In this document: piece after piece, positions 10,862 to 21,329 of the stretch
Position numbering within the stretch: position 1 is the stretch's first letter
How the letters are laid out: each line of letters opens with the position of its first letter
From: Flavobacteriales bacterium
GTDB taxonomy: Bacteria; Bacteroidota; Bacteroidia; Flavobacteriales; Flavobacteriaceae
Direction: 5' to 3'
Assembly: GCA_038243675.1 (NCBI GenBank)
Contig: JBBSQV010000001.1
Location: 20,000-83,999 of the forward strand
Length of the DNA: 64,000 bases
The notes under the pieces: model-generated
What the model saw: the letters and a program-made list of their open reading frames with translations, nothing else
What the model was told of the DNA's origin: nothing
The model's database searches: none
Made by a program: the position numbers and the translations under genes

Positions 10862-12094
10862 GTGCCAAAAATTGATAATAAGACGTTTCTGTCCTTATGG
10901 TTATTTAATCCCTTTATTAGTGGGATTTATTTGTTTAAAAATTTTAAGCATAATACTCGTATAGGTCCGTACTTGTTGCTATCACTTTTTTTCGGACTGT
11001 CATTTGTGGTCTCAACTGGAGACGCCGATTCTGCCCGGTATGCAGCTGATTTGCAAAGCTACTACCAAGATAATATTAGTTTATCGGATGCTTTAGGTGG
11101 TTTTTATAATGAAGAAGATACCAAATTAGACGTCTATCAGCCACTTATTACGTGGTTCGTAAGCGTATTTACTGATAATGTGCATATTTTATTCGCAATA
11201 TTTGCACTGGTTTTCGGATATTTTTGGTTTAAAAGTCTCATTATTATTCGCTCTCATATTACCGTGCCTTTTACTGGCTTAATTTTAATAAGTTTTCTGT
11301 TTTTAGCTTTTACAAATCCAATTTGGTCCATTAATGCCGCTAGAATGTGGACTGCGGTGGGTATCTTTTTCTACGGCATTTTACTGTGCCATTTACAAGG
11401 AAATAAAAAAGGTTATATATTTTTAGTGTTGTCGCTCTTCGTCCATTTTTCCTTAATTGCACCCTTAATACTATATATAGTGTACATCTTATTGCCAGTG
11501 AAGAACAAGACAATACTTTTTACGATTTTCTTGCTTACATTTTACTTTGGTGAATTAAATTTAGAAGTGCTACGTGATTATTTTGAGCAGTTACCATCTT
11601 TTGCACAATCTAAGAAATCTTACTTAAATGATGAGTACGCGGAAGAAGTATTCTCAGAAAATAGTCACATGGCTTCTCACGTGATTTTAGCCAAGGCAAT
11701 AACAAAATATAGTGTGGTGTTTATCACAGTACTAATGTATTTTCTATCGGTTTACAAAAAGAAAGTAGTTAACGCGCAGTTTAACGCGTTCTTTACGATG
11801 GGTCTATTGTTTGCCTCTTTTAGTAATTTAGCGGCATCAGTACCGTCAGGTAGTCGTTTTATTGTATTGTCAAACCTGATTTTAATAGTTTCCTTTATAT
11901 TATTTCTTAATCAAAAAATAATTTTACCCTTAATCATCAAGAACCTATTAACTGTATGCATTGCTTTTGTGTTGATATTCAACGTTAGGGAGGCACTTGA
12001 TTATATTGGTATATTTTTCTTCATTGGTAACCCTATTGTTAATTGGTTTATTGTGGATACCCCACTTATTGATTTTATTAAATCGCTTATTTAG
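10862..12094 (+). CDS. EpsG-family polysaccharide polymerase (Wzy-like)
   Basis: Polytopic membrane protein with GDADSARY, INAARMW, HFS, SRF motifs; GTG start. Confidence 0.78.
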   Translation: MPKIDNKTFLSLWLFNPFISGIYLFKNFKHNTRIGPYLLLSLFFGLSFVVSTGDADSARYAADLQSYYQDNISLSDALGGFYNEEDTKLDVYQPLITWFVSVFTDNVHILFAIFALVFGYFWFKSLIIIRSHITVPFTGLILISFLFLAFTNPIWSINAARMWTAVGIFFYGILLCHLQGNKKGYIFLVLSLFVHFSLIAPLILYIVYILLPVKNKTILFTIFLLTFYFGELNLEVLRDYFEQLPSFAQSKKSYLNDEYAEEVFSENSHMASHVILAKAITKYSVVFITVLMYFLSVYKKKVVNAQFNAFFTMGLLFASFSNLAASVPSGSRFIVLSNLILIVSFILFLNQKIILPLIIKNLLTVCIAFVLIFNVREALDYIGIFFFIGNPIVNWFIVDTPLIDFIKSLI

Positions 12095-12102
12095 ATATTT
12101 TC

Positions 12103-13224
12103 ATGCTAAAAAAAATTATAAAAAACATTTCTAACTTACCTGGTTGGCGAACTGATAGGAAGATTGTTGTTATTGAATCAGACGATTGGGGAAGTATTAG
12201 AATGTCTTCAAACGATGCTTACCAAAAACTTTTAGGTTCTGGATTATGTCTGGACAAAGGTGATGGAGCAAGATATAATAAATATGACACCTTAGCTTCT
12301 GCTGAAGATCTATCCTTCTTATTTGAGACGCTGGATACTGTGAAAGATAAAATAAATCATAGCGCAAAATTGACCGCTATGAGTTTAACTTCCAATCCAG
12401 ATTTTGAAAAAATAAAGAACAATAATTTTGAACAATATTTTCACGAACCTTTTACTTCAACTTTAGAAAAAGATAATAAAAGAGAAGCATATTCACTTTG
12501 GAAGGAGGGAATAGCCGCTAATATTTTTGTTCCTGAGTTTCACGGAAGAGAACATTTAAATGTTCAACCTTGGTTAAGAGCATTGCAAAATGGGGATAAA
12601 GAAGCTCTATTAGCTTTTCAATTTGGAGTTTGGAGTTACGATCGCAAATATGGAATGGGGTTTCAAGCAGCATTTGATTTGGAATTTGCCACTGATTTGG
12701 AGGATCAAAAATCTATAATAACTAATGGATTAGATCTATTTGAAAAAATACACGGCTATAGAGCGCGTTTTTTTGTACCTCCTAACGGTCCTATCAATAA
12801 TGCACTAGAAGGACTTGCCGCAGCAGGGGGGATCGAGTTTATGTCTTCACCCAAAATACAAAAAGAAGCATTAGGTGATGGAATCAGCAAAAGACATTTT
12901 AGATATTTAGGTAAGAAGAATAAATTGGGACAAATCTATATCACCCGCAATGCATTTTTTGAACCTTCTTCGGGGAATATCCAAGAAGTAGATAAGTGTT
13001 TGTCCGAAATAGAACTAGCATTTAATTTTAAGAAACCAGCAGTCATTAGTTCCCACCGCGTGAATTATATTGGCGGTTTATCAGTCACAAATCGAGATAA
13101 CGGTTTAAAGAAATTGGGAGAATTATTGAAGGCAATTACAAAAAAGTGGCCCGACGTAGAATTTATGACTTCTACAGAATTAGGTGTCTTAATAAGAAAA
13201 AGTAAAGAAACAAAGCATGTTTAA
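12103..13224 (+). CDS. Polysaccharide deacetylase-like protein, copy 1
   Basis: IESDDWG, EFHGREHLN, FVPPN, RNAFFEP, SSHRVNY: DD...HxxxH metal-site pattern of the CE4/NodB-like fold. Confidence 0.72.
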   Translation: MLKKIIKNISNLPGWRTDRKIVVIESDDWGSIRMSSNDAYQKLLGSGLCLDKGDGARYNKYDTLASAEDLSFLFETLDTVKDKINHSAKLTAMSLTSNPDFEKIKNNNFEQYFHEPFTSTLEKDNKREAYSLWKEGIAANIFVPEFHGREHLNVQPWLRALQNGDKEALLAFQFGVWSYDRKYGMGFQAAFDLEFATDLEDQKSIITNGLDLFEKIHGYRARFFVPPNGPINNALEGLAAAGGIEFMSSPKIQKEALGDGISKRHFRYLGKKNKLGQIYITRNAFFEPSSGNIQEVDKCLSEIELAFNFKKPAVISSHRVNYIGGLSVTNRDNGLKKLGELLKAITKKWPDVEFMTSTELGVLIRKSKETKHV

Positions 13225-14326
13225 AGATACCGTTAGAAGTTTCATAGGTGGAATTGAATCCAATAGAAAAAGTTCAGTAAAAGTAAATAAAAAATTGCTT
13301 ATTATTGAATCTGATGATTGGGGCGCGATCCGCACTCCATCTAAAGAGGCATTAGTGCAATTTAAAAAAAGCGGATTTGAAGTGGATAAAAGTTTGTACA
13401 AAGTAGATGCTTTGGCATCTAAAACAGATCTTGATAATCTCTTTGATTTATTTTTATCTATTAAAAACAGAGAAGGGAAACATCCGGTCTTAACTGCCAA
13501 TGCCATTATGGCTAATCCTGATTTTGATAGAATTAGAGAATCCGATTACAAACAATATTTTTACGAGCCGTTTTATAAAACTTTTGAAAGATATCCAGAG
13601 CATCATGATAATTTGAAGATTTGGAAAGAGGGTATGGAGGCAGGTGTTTTTAAACCTCAATTTCATGGTCGTGAACATTTAAATATTAATAGATGGATGA
13701 ATGCACTGCAATCTAATGACGAAAAAGTAAAGCTAAGTTTTGATTGGCGAGCTACGTACTCTGGTCGTGAAGATTATGCGTTTATGGAAGCTTATGACTG
13801 GGATGTGCTATCGGATGTTGAGGATCACAAAAAAATCATCACAGAAGGTTTGAGTATTTTCGAAAAAGTATTTGGATATAAATCGACTAGTTTTATCGCT
13901 CCGTGCTATAACTGGGATCCTACTTTGGAGCCATTTTTAGCAAAGCAAGGAATTAATTGTCTGCAAGGAATCGGAAGTCAGCTCGCGCCAACCGGTAAAT
14001 TCGATTCTTATAGATCCATCAAACACAATTTTGGCGACAAAAATGCTCAAGGTACTTTTTATAATGTTCGCAATGTTTTTTTTGAGCCTGTAAACGATCC
14101 TTCAAAAGATTGGACAAATGCTGCAATGGCAAGAATACAAGCGGCTTTTTTATTTAATAAACCTGCAGTGATTAGTACACATAGGATTAATTATATAGGA
14201 TTTATTGAACCTAAAAACAGAGAAAACGGCTTAGTACAATTGAAAAAGCTATTAGAATCGGTTGTCAAAAGATGGCCCGATGTAGAATTCATTTCTACAG
14301 ATCAATTATCAAATTATATAGTATGA
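13217..14326 (+). CDS. Polysaccharide deacetylase-like protein, copy 2
   Basis: IESDDWG, QFHGREHLN, FIAPCY, RNVFFEP, STHRINY; clear paralog of 12103-13224 with an overlapping start. Confidence 0.72.
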   Translation: MFKDTVRSFIGGIESNRKSSVKVNKKLLIIESDDWGAIRTPSKEALVQFKKSGFEVDKSLYKVDALASKTDLDNLFDLFLSIKNREGKHPVLTANAIMANPDFDRIRESDYKQYFYEPFYKTFERYPEHHDNLKIWKEGMEAGVFKPQFHGREHLNINRWMNALQSNDEKVKLSFDWRATYSGREDYAFMEAYDWDVLSDVEDHKKIITEGLSIFEKVFGYKSTSFIAPCYNWDPTLEPFLAKQGINCLQGIGSQLAPTGKFDSYRSIKHNFGDKNAQGTFYNVRNVFFEPVNDPSKDWTNAAMARIQAAFLFNKPAVISTHRINYIGFIEPKNRENGLVQLKKLLESVVKRWPDVEFISTDQLSNYIV

Positions 14327-15456
14327 TTTCAATAGGATTTACAGGCGATTTTTGCCCATGGAGAAGAGTGGAAGATGCTTTTATTACAGGACAATGGAAA
14401 CCCATGTTTGAAACTGTGCAGCCTTTCTTTGCAGCTAATGATTTAAATGTTTTAGATTTGGAGTGCCCGCTAACTACAAGCACTAACCAGATTAAAAAAA
14501 CTGGACCACATATCAAAGCTAATCCAGAGACAGTAGAAATTCTCAATTTCTTGAATTGCAAACTAGTCGCTACTGCGAATAATCATTTTAAGGATTACGC
14601 AGCTGAAGGTATGCGGGCGACATACGACGCATTAAATAAACATAAGATTGATTGGTTAGGTAGCGGACACTCCTTTGAAGAAGCTTCAAAAACCTATTAC
14701 TGGGAAAAGGATACATTAAAATTTGCATTTATTAACATTGCCGAAAACGAATGGACTACGACTTTTGACGAGCAATCAGGTTGCCATCCAATGGATGTGG
14801 TAAATGTTTTTAATCAAATTCAAGAAGCTAAGAAAGTTGCTGATTTTATAATTATTATAGCACATGGTGGGCACGAACATTATGAATTGCCAAGTCCTAG
14901 AATGAAAAAATGGTATCGCTTTTTTATTGATGCAGGTGCCAGTACCGTTATAGGTCATCATACTCACATAATATCAGGCTATGAAGTATATAAGGATAGT
15001 CCTATATTTTATAGTTTAGGTAATTTTTGCTTTGATTGGGAAGGATTACAAAACGGCACTTGGAATATCGGGATGATGGTACGACTGCAATTTGAAAAAG
15101 GCAAATCAGTTTCTTTCTCATTGGAATTTGTCCGACATAATAATGAACAAGCAGGGGTCTACTTAATGAGTGCGGAAGAAAAGAAAAAAACTTTAGCACA
15201 CGTTTTAAATCTCAATGAAATTATTAATGATGATTTAGCGTTAAATAATAAATTTGACCTATATGTGAAAGATTGGAAATTGCTAATGCATACTTGGATA
15301 CAACCGTATAAGGGCAAATATCTGCCTAGCTTACATAAGCGCGGATTGCTACCTTCACTAATTGCGAATGATAAAAAAATGCTTTTAACAAATTTAATTC
15401 AGTGTGAGTCACATCGTGATGTTCTACTAAGCACTATTAACCCAACTAAAAAATAA
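14323..15456 (+). CDS. CapA/PgsA-family metallophosphoesterase
   Basis: TGDFCP, DLECPL, ANNHFKDY, AHGGHEH, GHHTH, YSLGNF. Start moved to ATG 14323 (ATGA overlap with upstream stop). Confidence 0.88.
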   Translation: MISIGFTGDFCPWRRVEDAFITGQWKPMFETVQPFFAANDLNVLDLECPLTTSTNQIKKTGPHIKANPETVEILNFLNCKLVATANNHFKDYAAEGMRATYDALNKHKIDWLGSGHSFEEASKTYYWEKDTLKFAFINIAENEWTTTFDEQSGCHPMDVVNVFNQIQEAKKVADFIIIIAHGGHEHYELPSPRMKKWYRFFIDAGASTVIGHHTHIISGYEVYKDSPIFYSLGNFCFDWEGLQNGTWNIGMMVRLQFEKGKSVSFSLEFVRHNNEQAGVYLMSAEEKKKTLAHVLNLNEIINDDLALNNKFDLYVKDWKLLMHTWIQPYKGKYLPSLHKRGLLPSLIANDKKMLLTNLIQCESHRDVLLSTINPTKK

Positions 15457-17348
15457 TGTGCGGATTTACAGGTTTTTTTAACTTTACAGGTTCTCCGGAA
15501 AATAATAACCATGCTATTCGCGAAATGATCGCGATTCAAAAGCATCGTGGTCCTGACGATTCAGGTATCGTAGGCATTAATACTCGCGATAACACGTACG
15601 AAACGATAACTACTACCGAAAACAGTAATTTTGATACTTCAAAAGATTTAGTATTTGGATTTAATCGTCTAAGTATTTTGGATTTATCGCCAAATGGACA
15701 TCAACCAATGATCAGTCCGGATGAGCAGGTGATTTTGATGATGAATGGTGAAATCTATAATGCGTTTGACTTTCAACATGACTTAGAGCAAAAAGGACAT
15801 GTCTTTAAAAGTACATCAGATACAGAAATTGCACTCCATTTATATTTAGAATACGGAATGGAAGGTATGCTAACCAAATTAAATGGTATGTTTTCATTTG
15901 CGATTTATGATTTTAAATTGCAAACATTATTTCTAGCTAGAGATCGTTTTGGAATAAAGCCTTTATATATTTTGCAGGAGGAAAATAGATTGGCTTTTGC
16001 ATCTGAGATGAAGAGTTTTAAAAAATTACCTAATTTTAAATTCGAAGCTGATTATACCCATATTGATGAATTTCTTTTATTTAGAAATGTGATCAATCAA
16101 ACCTTGTTTAAAAATATTATCAACTGCACCCCTGGCTCCTATTTGGCTGTAAAGAATCAAACTATTACTAGTCACATATATTATGATATTGACATTGAAG
16201 GTAATGAGCCAATTTCGTCTACAGATTCCTTACTTAAATTGGAAATGGCGTTAGAAAAGAGTGTCAAATCTCAAATGCTCAGCGATGTTAAATTGGGATG
16301 TCAATTATCAGGCGGAGTAGATTCTTCCTTGGTAACCTATTACGCAGCTCAGAATGTAAATAAAGGAAATCTAGAAACAGTTTCAATTACATTTAAAGAT
16401 CCAAAATTTTCGGAAGAGAAGTATATTGATTATGTAGCAGAAAAACTTTCGTTACAGGCACATAAATATGAGATGCAATCAGAATATTATTTTGAAGTCA
16501 TTGAAAAAGCAATTTGGCATTTTGAGCATCCTCTAAACCATCCCAACACTATAGGAATTTATTTATTAAGCCAAGAAGCTAAGAAAAAAGTTACTGTATT
16601 ATTAAGTGGTGAAGGAGCTGATGAAGCATTGGCAGGATACGATCGATTTATTCAAGCTAAAGAAAATAAAACTTTTACAAAATCCTTTTTTGGCGGTCTA
16701 AAACGAAATAAAGACAACATCAGTGATTACCTGAGTTATGCATTAGATCGTGAGAAAAAGATGATTATGGGCACAGCATTCGGTAGCGTGGCAACCGCAA
16801 GAGCACTTCGTCCAAGCTTTCAGTTAAGTAGGGCAATTGCCGACAGAAATCACACTTTAAAACGTCTCAGAGGCGGGTTAAATTTGCGTCAAAGAAAATA
16901 TGAGCTGCTTACTTATCTACCGGATTTGTTAATGCGTCAAGATAAAATGTCAATGGCCCACTCCATTGAAAATCGCGTGCCTTTTCTGGATAACGAAATG
17001 GTAACGACTGCGCTAAATTTGCAAGAAGACGTATTGCTCGCACTGCATAATAATAAGCTAGAAACAAAGAAGGTTTTAAAAGATATTGCAGTAGATAAGT
17101 TTGGCGAGCCCTTCGCGTACCGTGATAAAATGGGATTTGGTATTCCACTTCGTGAGTTTATGGCTTCCAAAGTATTTCAAGATAGATGGAACCAAATTAT
17201 CGCTCCTAGTATTAAAAAAAGAGGAGTGTTTGACGGTAGAGAGGTTACAAAATGGGTAAATGATATCACTACAGCAACTCCAAACCAACTAGACGCTATT
17301 TGGTTGCTGTTTGGATTTGAAATTTGGGCAAAACAATACTTAGATTAA
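15456..17348 (+). CDS. asnB: AsnB-family glutamine amidotransferase, second copy
   Basis: MCGFTG, HRGPDDSG, NGEIYN, RDRFGIKP, SGGVDSS, SGEGADE, ENRVPFLD; TAATG coupling to CapA. Confidence 0.92.
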   Translation: MCGFTGFFNFTGSPENNNHAIREMIAIQKHRGPDDSGIVGINTRDNTYETITTTENSNFDTSKDLVFGFNRLSILDLSPNGHQPMISPDEQVILMMNGEIYNAFDFQHDLEQKGHVFKSTSDTEIALHLYLEYGMEGMLTKLNGMFSFAIYDFKLQTLFLARDRFGIKPLYILQEENRLAFASEMKSFKKLPNFKFEADYTHIDEFLLFRNVINQTLFKNIINCTPGSYLAVKNQTITSHIYYDIDIEGNEPISSTDSLLKLEMALEKSVKSQMLSDVKLGCQLSGGVDSSLVTYYAAQNVNKGNLETVSITFKDPKFSEEKYIDYVAEKLSLQAHKYEMQSEYYFEVIEKAIWHFEHPLNHPNTIGIYLLSQEAKKKVTVLLSGEGADEALAGYDRFIQAKENKTFTKSFFGGLKRNKDNISDYLSYALDREKKMIMGTAFGSVATARALRPSFQLSRAIADRNHTLKRLRGGLNLRQRKYELLTYLPDLLMRQDKMSMAHSIENRVPFLDNEMVTTALNLQEDVLLALHNNKLETKKVLKDIAVDKFGEPFAYRDKMGFGIPLREFMASKVFQDRWNQIIAPSIKKRGVFDGREVTKWVNDITTATPNQLDAIWLLFGFEIWAKQYLD

Positions 17349-17350
17349 TT

Positions 17351-18379
17351 ATGTTAGCAATTCACGAGAATACTGGAGATTATTTGTTTAACTATCGTTG
17401 GATAGCGTATTGTAAAGATAATAATATACCCTACAAATTGGTAAATTGTTATAGCAACAACATTATAGAACAGCTAGATGGTTGTAAGGCTTTATTATAT
17501 CATTTTCATCAATCGGATTCGAAAGACATAACAATGTCTAAATCTCTTTTGTATTCTCTTGAACAAAGCGGATTTACAGTATTTCCGAATTTTAATACTG
17601 CTTGGCACTTTGATGATAAAGTAGGGCAAAAGTATTTAATGGAAGCTTTAAAAATTGATGCTGTAAAAACTTGGGTATTTTATGATGAAAAGACGAGTCT
17701 TAATTGGATCAAAGAAACCACATTTCCCATAGTATTTAAACTCCGTGGCGGTGCCGGTTCTCAAAATGTACAGTTAGTTAGATCAAAAGAAAAAGCAAAG
17801 CAATTAGTAAGGAAAGCATTTGGCAGTGGCTTTCCAGCATATGACGGAGTAGAAAGTTTAAAAGAGCGATTTAGAAAGTGGAGATTAGGAAAAGCTGATT
17901 TTAAAGAGGTTGCGAAGGGAATTGCTAGATTAGTGAAACCGCCGCGATATGCGCAAGTGATGGGGAACGAAATAAACTATTTATACTTTCAAGAATTTAT
18001 TCCAGATAATGATTCTGACACCCGCATAATTGTTATCGATGGAAAAGCATTTGCTCTTAAAAGGATGGTTAGAGAAAATGATTTCAGAGCTTCTGGTAGC
18101 GGTAATTTTAAATATGAAAGAGAAGAATTTGATATTCGATGCGTAGAACTCTCCTTTGAATATACAAGAAAAATGAAAGCACAGTGCGTTGCATTTGATT
18201 ACGTTTTCGATGAAATGAACGTGCCCAAAATTGTAGAAGTAAGTTATGGCTTTGCAAACAAAGTTTACGATCCTTGTCCTGGGTACTGGGACGAACAATT
18301 AAATTGGCATGAAGGAAAATTTAATCCTTACGGTTGGATAGTAGACCTAGTTTTAAAACAAGCTAATGGAGAAAAATAA
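17351..18379 (+). CDS. RimK-like ATP-grasp ligase
   Basis: FDDKVGQ, FPIVFKLRGGAGSQNV, YFQEFIPDNDSDTRIIVI, DFRASGSG, AFDYV, IVEVS. Start moved to ATG 17351. Confidence 0.82.
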   Translation: MLAIHENTGDYLFNYRWIAYCKDNNIPYKLVNCYSNNIIEQLDGCKALLYHFHQSDSKDITMSKSLLYSLEQSGFTVFPNFNTAWHFDDKVGQKYLMEALKIDAVKTWVFYDEKTSLNWIKETTFPIVFKLRGGAGSQNVQLVRSKEKAKQLVRKAFGSGFPAYDGVESLKERFRKWRLGKADFKEVAKGIARLVKPPRYAQVMGNEINYLYFQEFIPDNDSDTRIIVIDGKAFALKRMVRENDFRASGSGNFKYEREEFDIRCVELSFEYTRKMKAQCVAFDYVFDEMNVPKIVEVSYGFANKVYDPCPGYWDEQLNWHEGKFNPYGWIVDLVLKQANGEK

Positions 18380-19463
18380 ACTCAAAGTGTGCTTTCTTAT
18401 TCCCTCATTACAGTCAGGTGGTATTGAAACTTATCTGTTACGATTTCTAAAACATCAAAAAAACGCTCTAAATGCAACTGTTCTAGTTCGAAATTCTGAA
18501 AAAGGAGAGTTATTCGACTCTTATAAAGCTACGGGTGCAAATATTATTTTAAAACCTTTAGGATATTTTAGTCCTTCGGGAATGCATTTCTACTATAAAT
18601 TATTTAAAAATCAAAAATTCAATACAGTTTGTGATTTCAATGCCAATTTTGCAGGAATACCAATGTTGCTCGCTAAATTGGCTGGTGTAAAAAAGCGGAT
18701 AACTTTTTACCGGCAGGGAAGTGACCATTTTAAAAAATCTAAACCAAAAGAAATCTACAACCGCCTAGTTAACAGATTGGTTTATAAGTACAGTACCACG
18801 GTATTAGCAAATTCATCAGCGGGGCTTGAATTTTTTTTTCCAAAAGAATATCCAAACGATGGTCGATTTAAAGTAATTAGAAATGGTGTTACTGTTTCGG
18901 ATTACATAAATAATACCAAAACTAAGAAACAATTAAGACAGGAATTACAATTGCCCGAAAATGCTTTTATAATTGGGCATACAGGTCGATTCACTCCCGC
19001 TAAAAATCACTTTTTCTTACTAAATGTTGCTAAAAGGTTAATAGATAAAGATGCTGATGTCCATTTAGTATTGATAGGAAATGAAACGCAGGAGCTAATT
19101 CCTCGGATAGTTGAATTAGATATAAGAAATAATGTTACTGTTTTGGGATATAAATCAAACATACCTGATTATTTACAAGCATTTGATTTGTATTTTTTCC
19201 CGTCAATAACCGAGGGTCAACCAAATGCATTAATTGAAGCCATGATTGCGGGTCTTCCAATAGCAGCATCCAATATTCCTTCAATCAAAGAATGTTTACC
19301 AGCTAATGCAGAAGGGAGCTTAATAGATCCTTATAATGTCGAGACTACTGTAAATAAGATTCTAGAAATAAAAGAAAATCCCGAAGCATATACTTTTCAA
19401 AAATTTGCAATTGAAAGCTTTGATTCAGAAATACGATTTGAGGAGTTTATGAAAAATTTATAA
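18366..19463 (+). CDS. GT4 glycosyltransferase (gene A)
   Basis: GGIETY, GHTGRFTPAKNH, FPSITEGQPNALIEAM (EX7E). Confidence 0.92.
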   Translation: MEKNKLKVCFLIPSLQSGGIETYLLRFLKHQKNALNATVLVRNSEKGELFDSYKATGANIILKPLGYFSPSGMHFYYKLFKNQKFNTVCDFNANFAGIPMLLAKLAGVKKRITFYRQGSDHFKKSKPKEIYNRLVNRLVYKYSTTVLANSSAGLEFFFPKEYPNDGRFKVIRNGVTVSDYINNTKTKKQLRQELQLPENAFIIGHTGRFTPAKNHFFLLNVAKRLIDKDADVHLVLIGNETQELIPRIVELDIRNNVTVLGYKSNIPDYLQAFDLYFFPSITEGQPNALIEAMIAGLPIAASNIPSIKECLPANAEGSLIDPYNVETTVNKILEIKENPEAYTFQKFAIESFDSEIRFEEFMKNL

Positions 19464-19466
19464 AAT

Positions 19467-19920
19467 ATAAATACTGTTTTATTTGTACAAGATACCTGCG
19501 GTATCACAACAATGATAAACTCTTTTTTATGAAGCTCATTATAATGGTACATTAATTGCGTATTATGAAAATTTATCAATAACAATTCTTAGTATTTTAA
19601 AAATGTTTAAAATAAAATTAGGTATATCAGGTTTGGTTGAGGATGTAAGTTCTTACCGAGAGCAATGATAAAGGCGTCGAGGAAAATTTGGACAGCTTTA
19701 GGCTGTAACACTACTAGTGTTTGCAGATTTAGTAGGCTTTATGTTTTTTTTGAAATAATAGCAGATGACGAAATTTTGCTACTACAAAAAAGTCAAATCG
19801 TTGAATAGTGTTACAAATGATTGAAAAAAACGTTACAAAGGCAAGAACTACAGGAAGAATTATTGGATGAGAAATAAAAGTATTTATGATGAGTTTTCAA
19901 AAGATTATAAGATAAAATAA
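19467..19920 (+). pseudogene. Decayed, internally deleted copy of the GT4 gene at 22392-23564 (pseudoB)
   Basis: Remnant peptides versus gene B: INTVLFVQD..YHNNDK..YEAHYNGTLI vs MNKVLFVHD..YNNNDK..YGVHYNDILI; LPRAMIKA..LGCN (19653) vs LPRAVIEA..LGSN; YDEFSKDYK vs YDEFLNDFK. Its TAA (19918-19920) overlaps the next ATG. Confidence 0.85.
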
Positions 19921-21038
19921 TGAAAAAAAAGGTCTTATTTACTGCTTCAATAGCCAAGCATATATTGCGCTTTCACTTACCCTACCTTGAATGGTTCAAG
20001 GTGAGAGGATATGAAGTGCATGTAGCTTGTGAAGGCGATGAAGTTATTGCTACTGCAGATAAAACTTTTAATGTACCATTTGTAAGAAGTCCATTTTCTA
20101 GTGCTCACACAAGAGCGTACAAAGTACTAAAAGAAATTATTGATAGAGAATCGTACAGTTTGATCCATTGCCATACACCGATGGCTGGCATCGTTACTCG
20201 TCTCGCTGCAAAGGATGCGAGATGTAGCGGAACCAAAGTGTTGTATACGGCGCACGGCTTTCATTTTTTTAAAGGCGCCCCAAATTTAAATTGGTTAGCA
20301 TATTATCCGGTCGAAATCTTGGTTAGTAGATATGCTGATGCGATTATAACTATAAACACGGAAGATTTTGAACTTATTAAGGAAAAGGGTAATAGTAAGA
20401 CCGAATATTTTTTAATTCCAGGAATTGGTGTTGATAAGAAAAAGTTTTTTCCCATCTCAGCGGATCTGAAATGTCAAATGCGACAGGAGAAAGGGTTTTC
20501 AAATGAAGATTTTATAGCTGTTTATGCGGCGGAATTTATAGACCGAAAAAATCATAAATTTTTAATTGAAGCTCTAGCGCGAAATAAGAATGCATTTCCT
20601 AATTTTAAATTATTGTTTTGCGGTAGAGGTGAATTAAAAGAGGAGATGGAAGCATTAGTTAAAAAATATGGTCTTGAAGAAACTGTTTTGTTTATGGGTT
20701 TTAGAAATGATATCGATGAATTATTTAAAATTGCTGACTTGGGGATCTCCTCAAGTAAACAAGAAGGTTTAGGACTAAATCTAATTGAAGCAATGATGTG
20801 TGGCTTGCCGATTCTCGCTACAGCTGATCGAGGACATAAAGAAATTGTGATACATGGTCATAATGGTTTTTTATTTGCACAAAATAATACGAACCAATTT
20901 ATATCTTTCTTAAAAATATTTTACAATGGGGTAGTAGAAAGGGAAATAATGGGAAAAGAAGCAGAGCAGTTATCAGTTAAATTTGAGATGGCAGCAGCTC
21001 TCGCTGAAATGAGCGTCATATATAAAAAATTCCTATGA
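19920..21038 (+). CDS. GT4 glycosyltransferase, EpsD-like (gene C)
   Basis: IHCHTPMAG, YTAHGFHFFKGAP, RKNH, SSKQEGLGLNLIEAM. Confidence 0.92.
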   Translation: MKKKVLFTASIAKHILRFHLPYLEWFKVRGYEVHVACEGDEVIATADKTFNVPFVRSPFSSAHTRAYKVLKEIIDRESYSLIHCHTPMAGIVTRLAAKDARCSGTKVLYTAHGFHFFKGAPNLNWLAYYPVEILVSRYADAIITINTEDFELIKEKGNSKTEYFLIPGIGVDKKKFFPISADLKCQMRQEKGFSNEDFIAVYAAEFIDRKNHKFLIEALARNKNAFPNFKLLFCGRGELKEEMEALVKKYGLEETVLFMGFRNDIDELFKIADLGISSSKQEGLGLNLIEAMMCGLPILATADRGHKEIVIHGHNGFLFAQNNTNQFISFLKIFYNGVVEREIMGKEAEQLSVKFEMAAALAEMSVIYKKFL

Positions 21039-21329
21039 TTATTTTGCAGAAATTCGAAGAGTATTATTTGATCTTTTTTATTATTACTTAATTATGAGTA
21101 GTCATTGCCCATTTGTACAATTACTTTATAAGATATACTTTTTAATTATAATAGTAAAGTAGGTAGAGAGGATTTAGGTAAGTAATGTTTTTTAGTAAAA
21201 ACTAGGTTATGCGATACCATTATTCGACAGTTTGGTGAGCTTTTTTTAAACATTTTTTAAGAAATGTATTGTCTTATGGTAGAATATTATATATAGTTAA
21301 AGATTAAAATAAGATTTTATTAAATTATC

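Noticed and set aside
14323-15456. Canonical poly-gamma-glutamate capsule operon
   Set aside because: Only a CapA-like gene is present; no CapB (Mur-ligase-like) or CapC in the window.
18831-18839. T9 tract in GT4 gene A as a phase-variation switch
   Set aside because: The frame is intact and such T/A runs are expected in this AT-rich DNA; no evidence of slippage.
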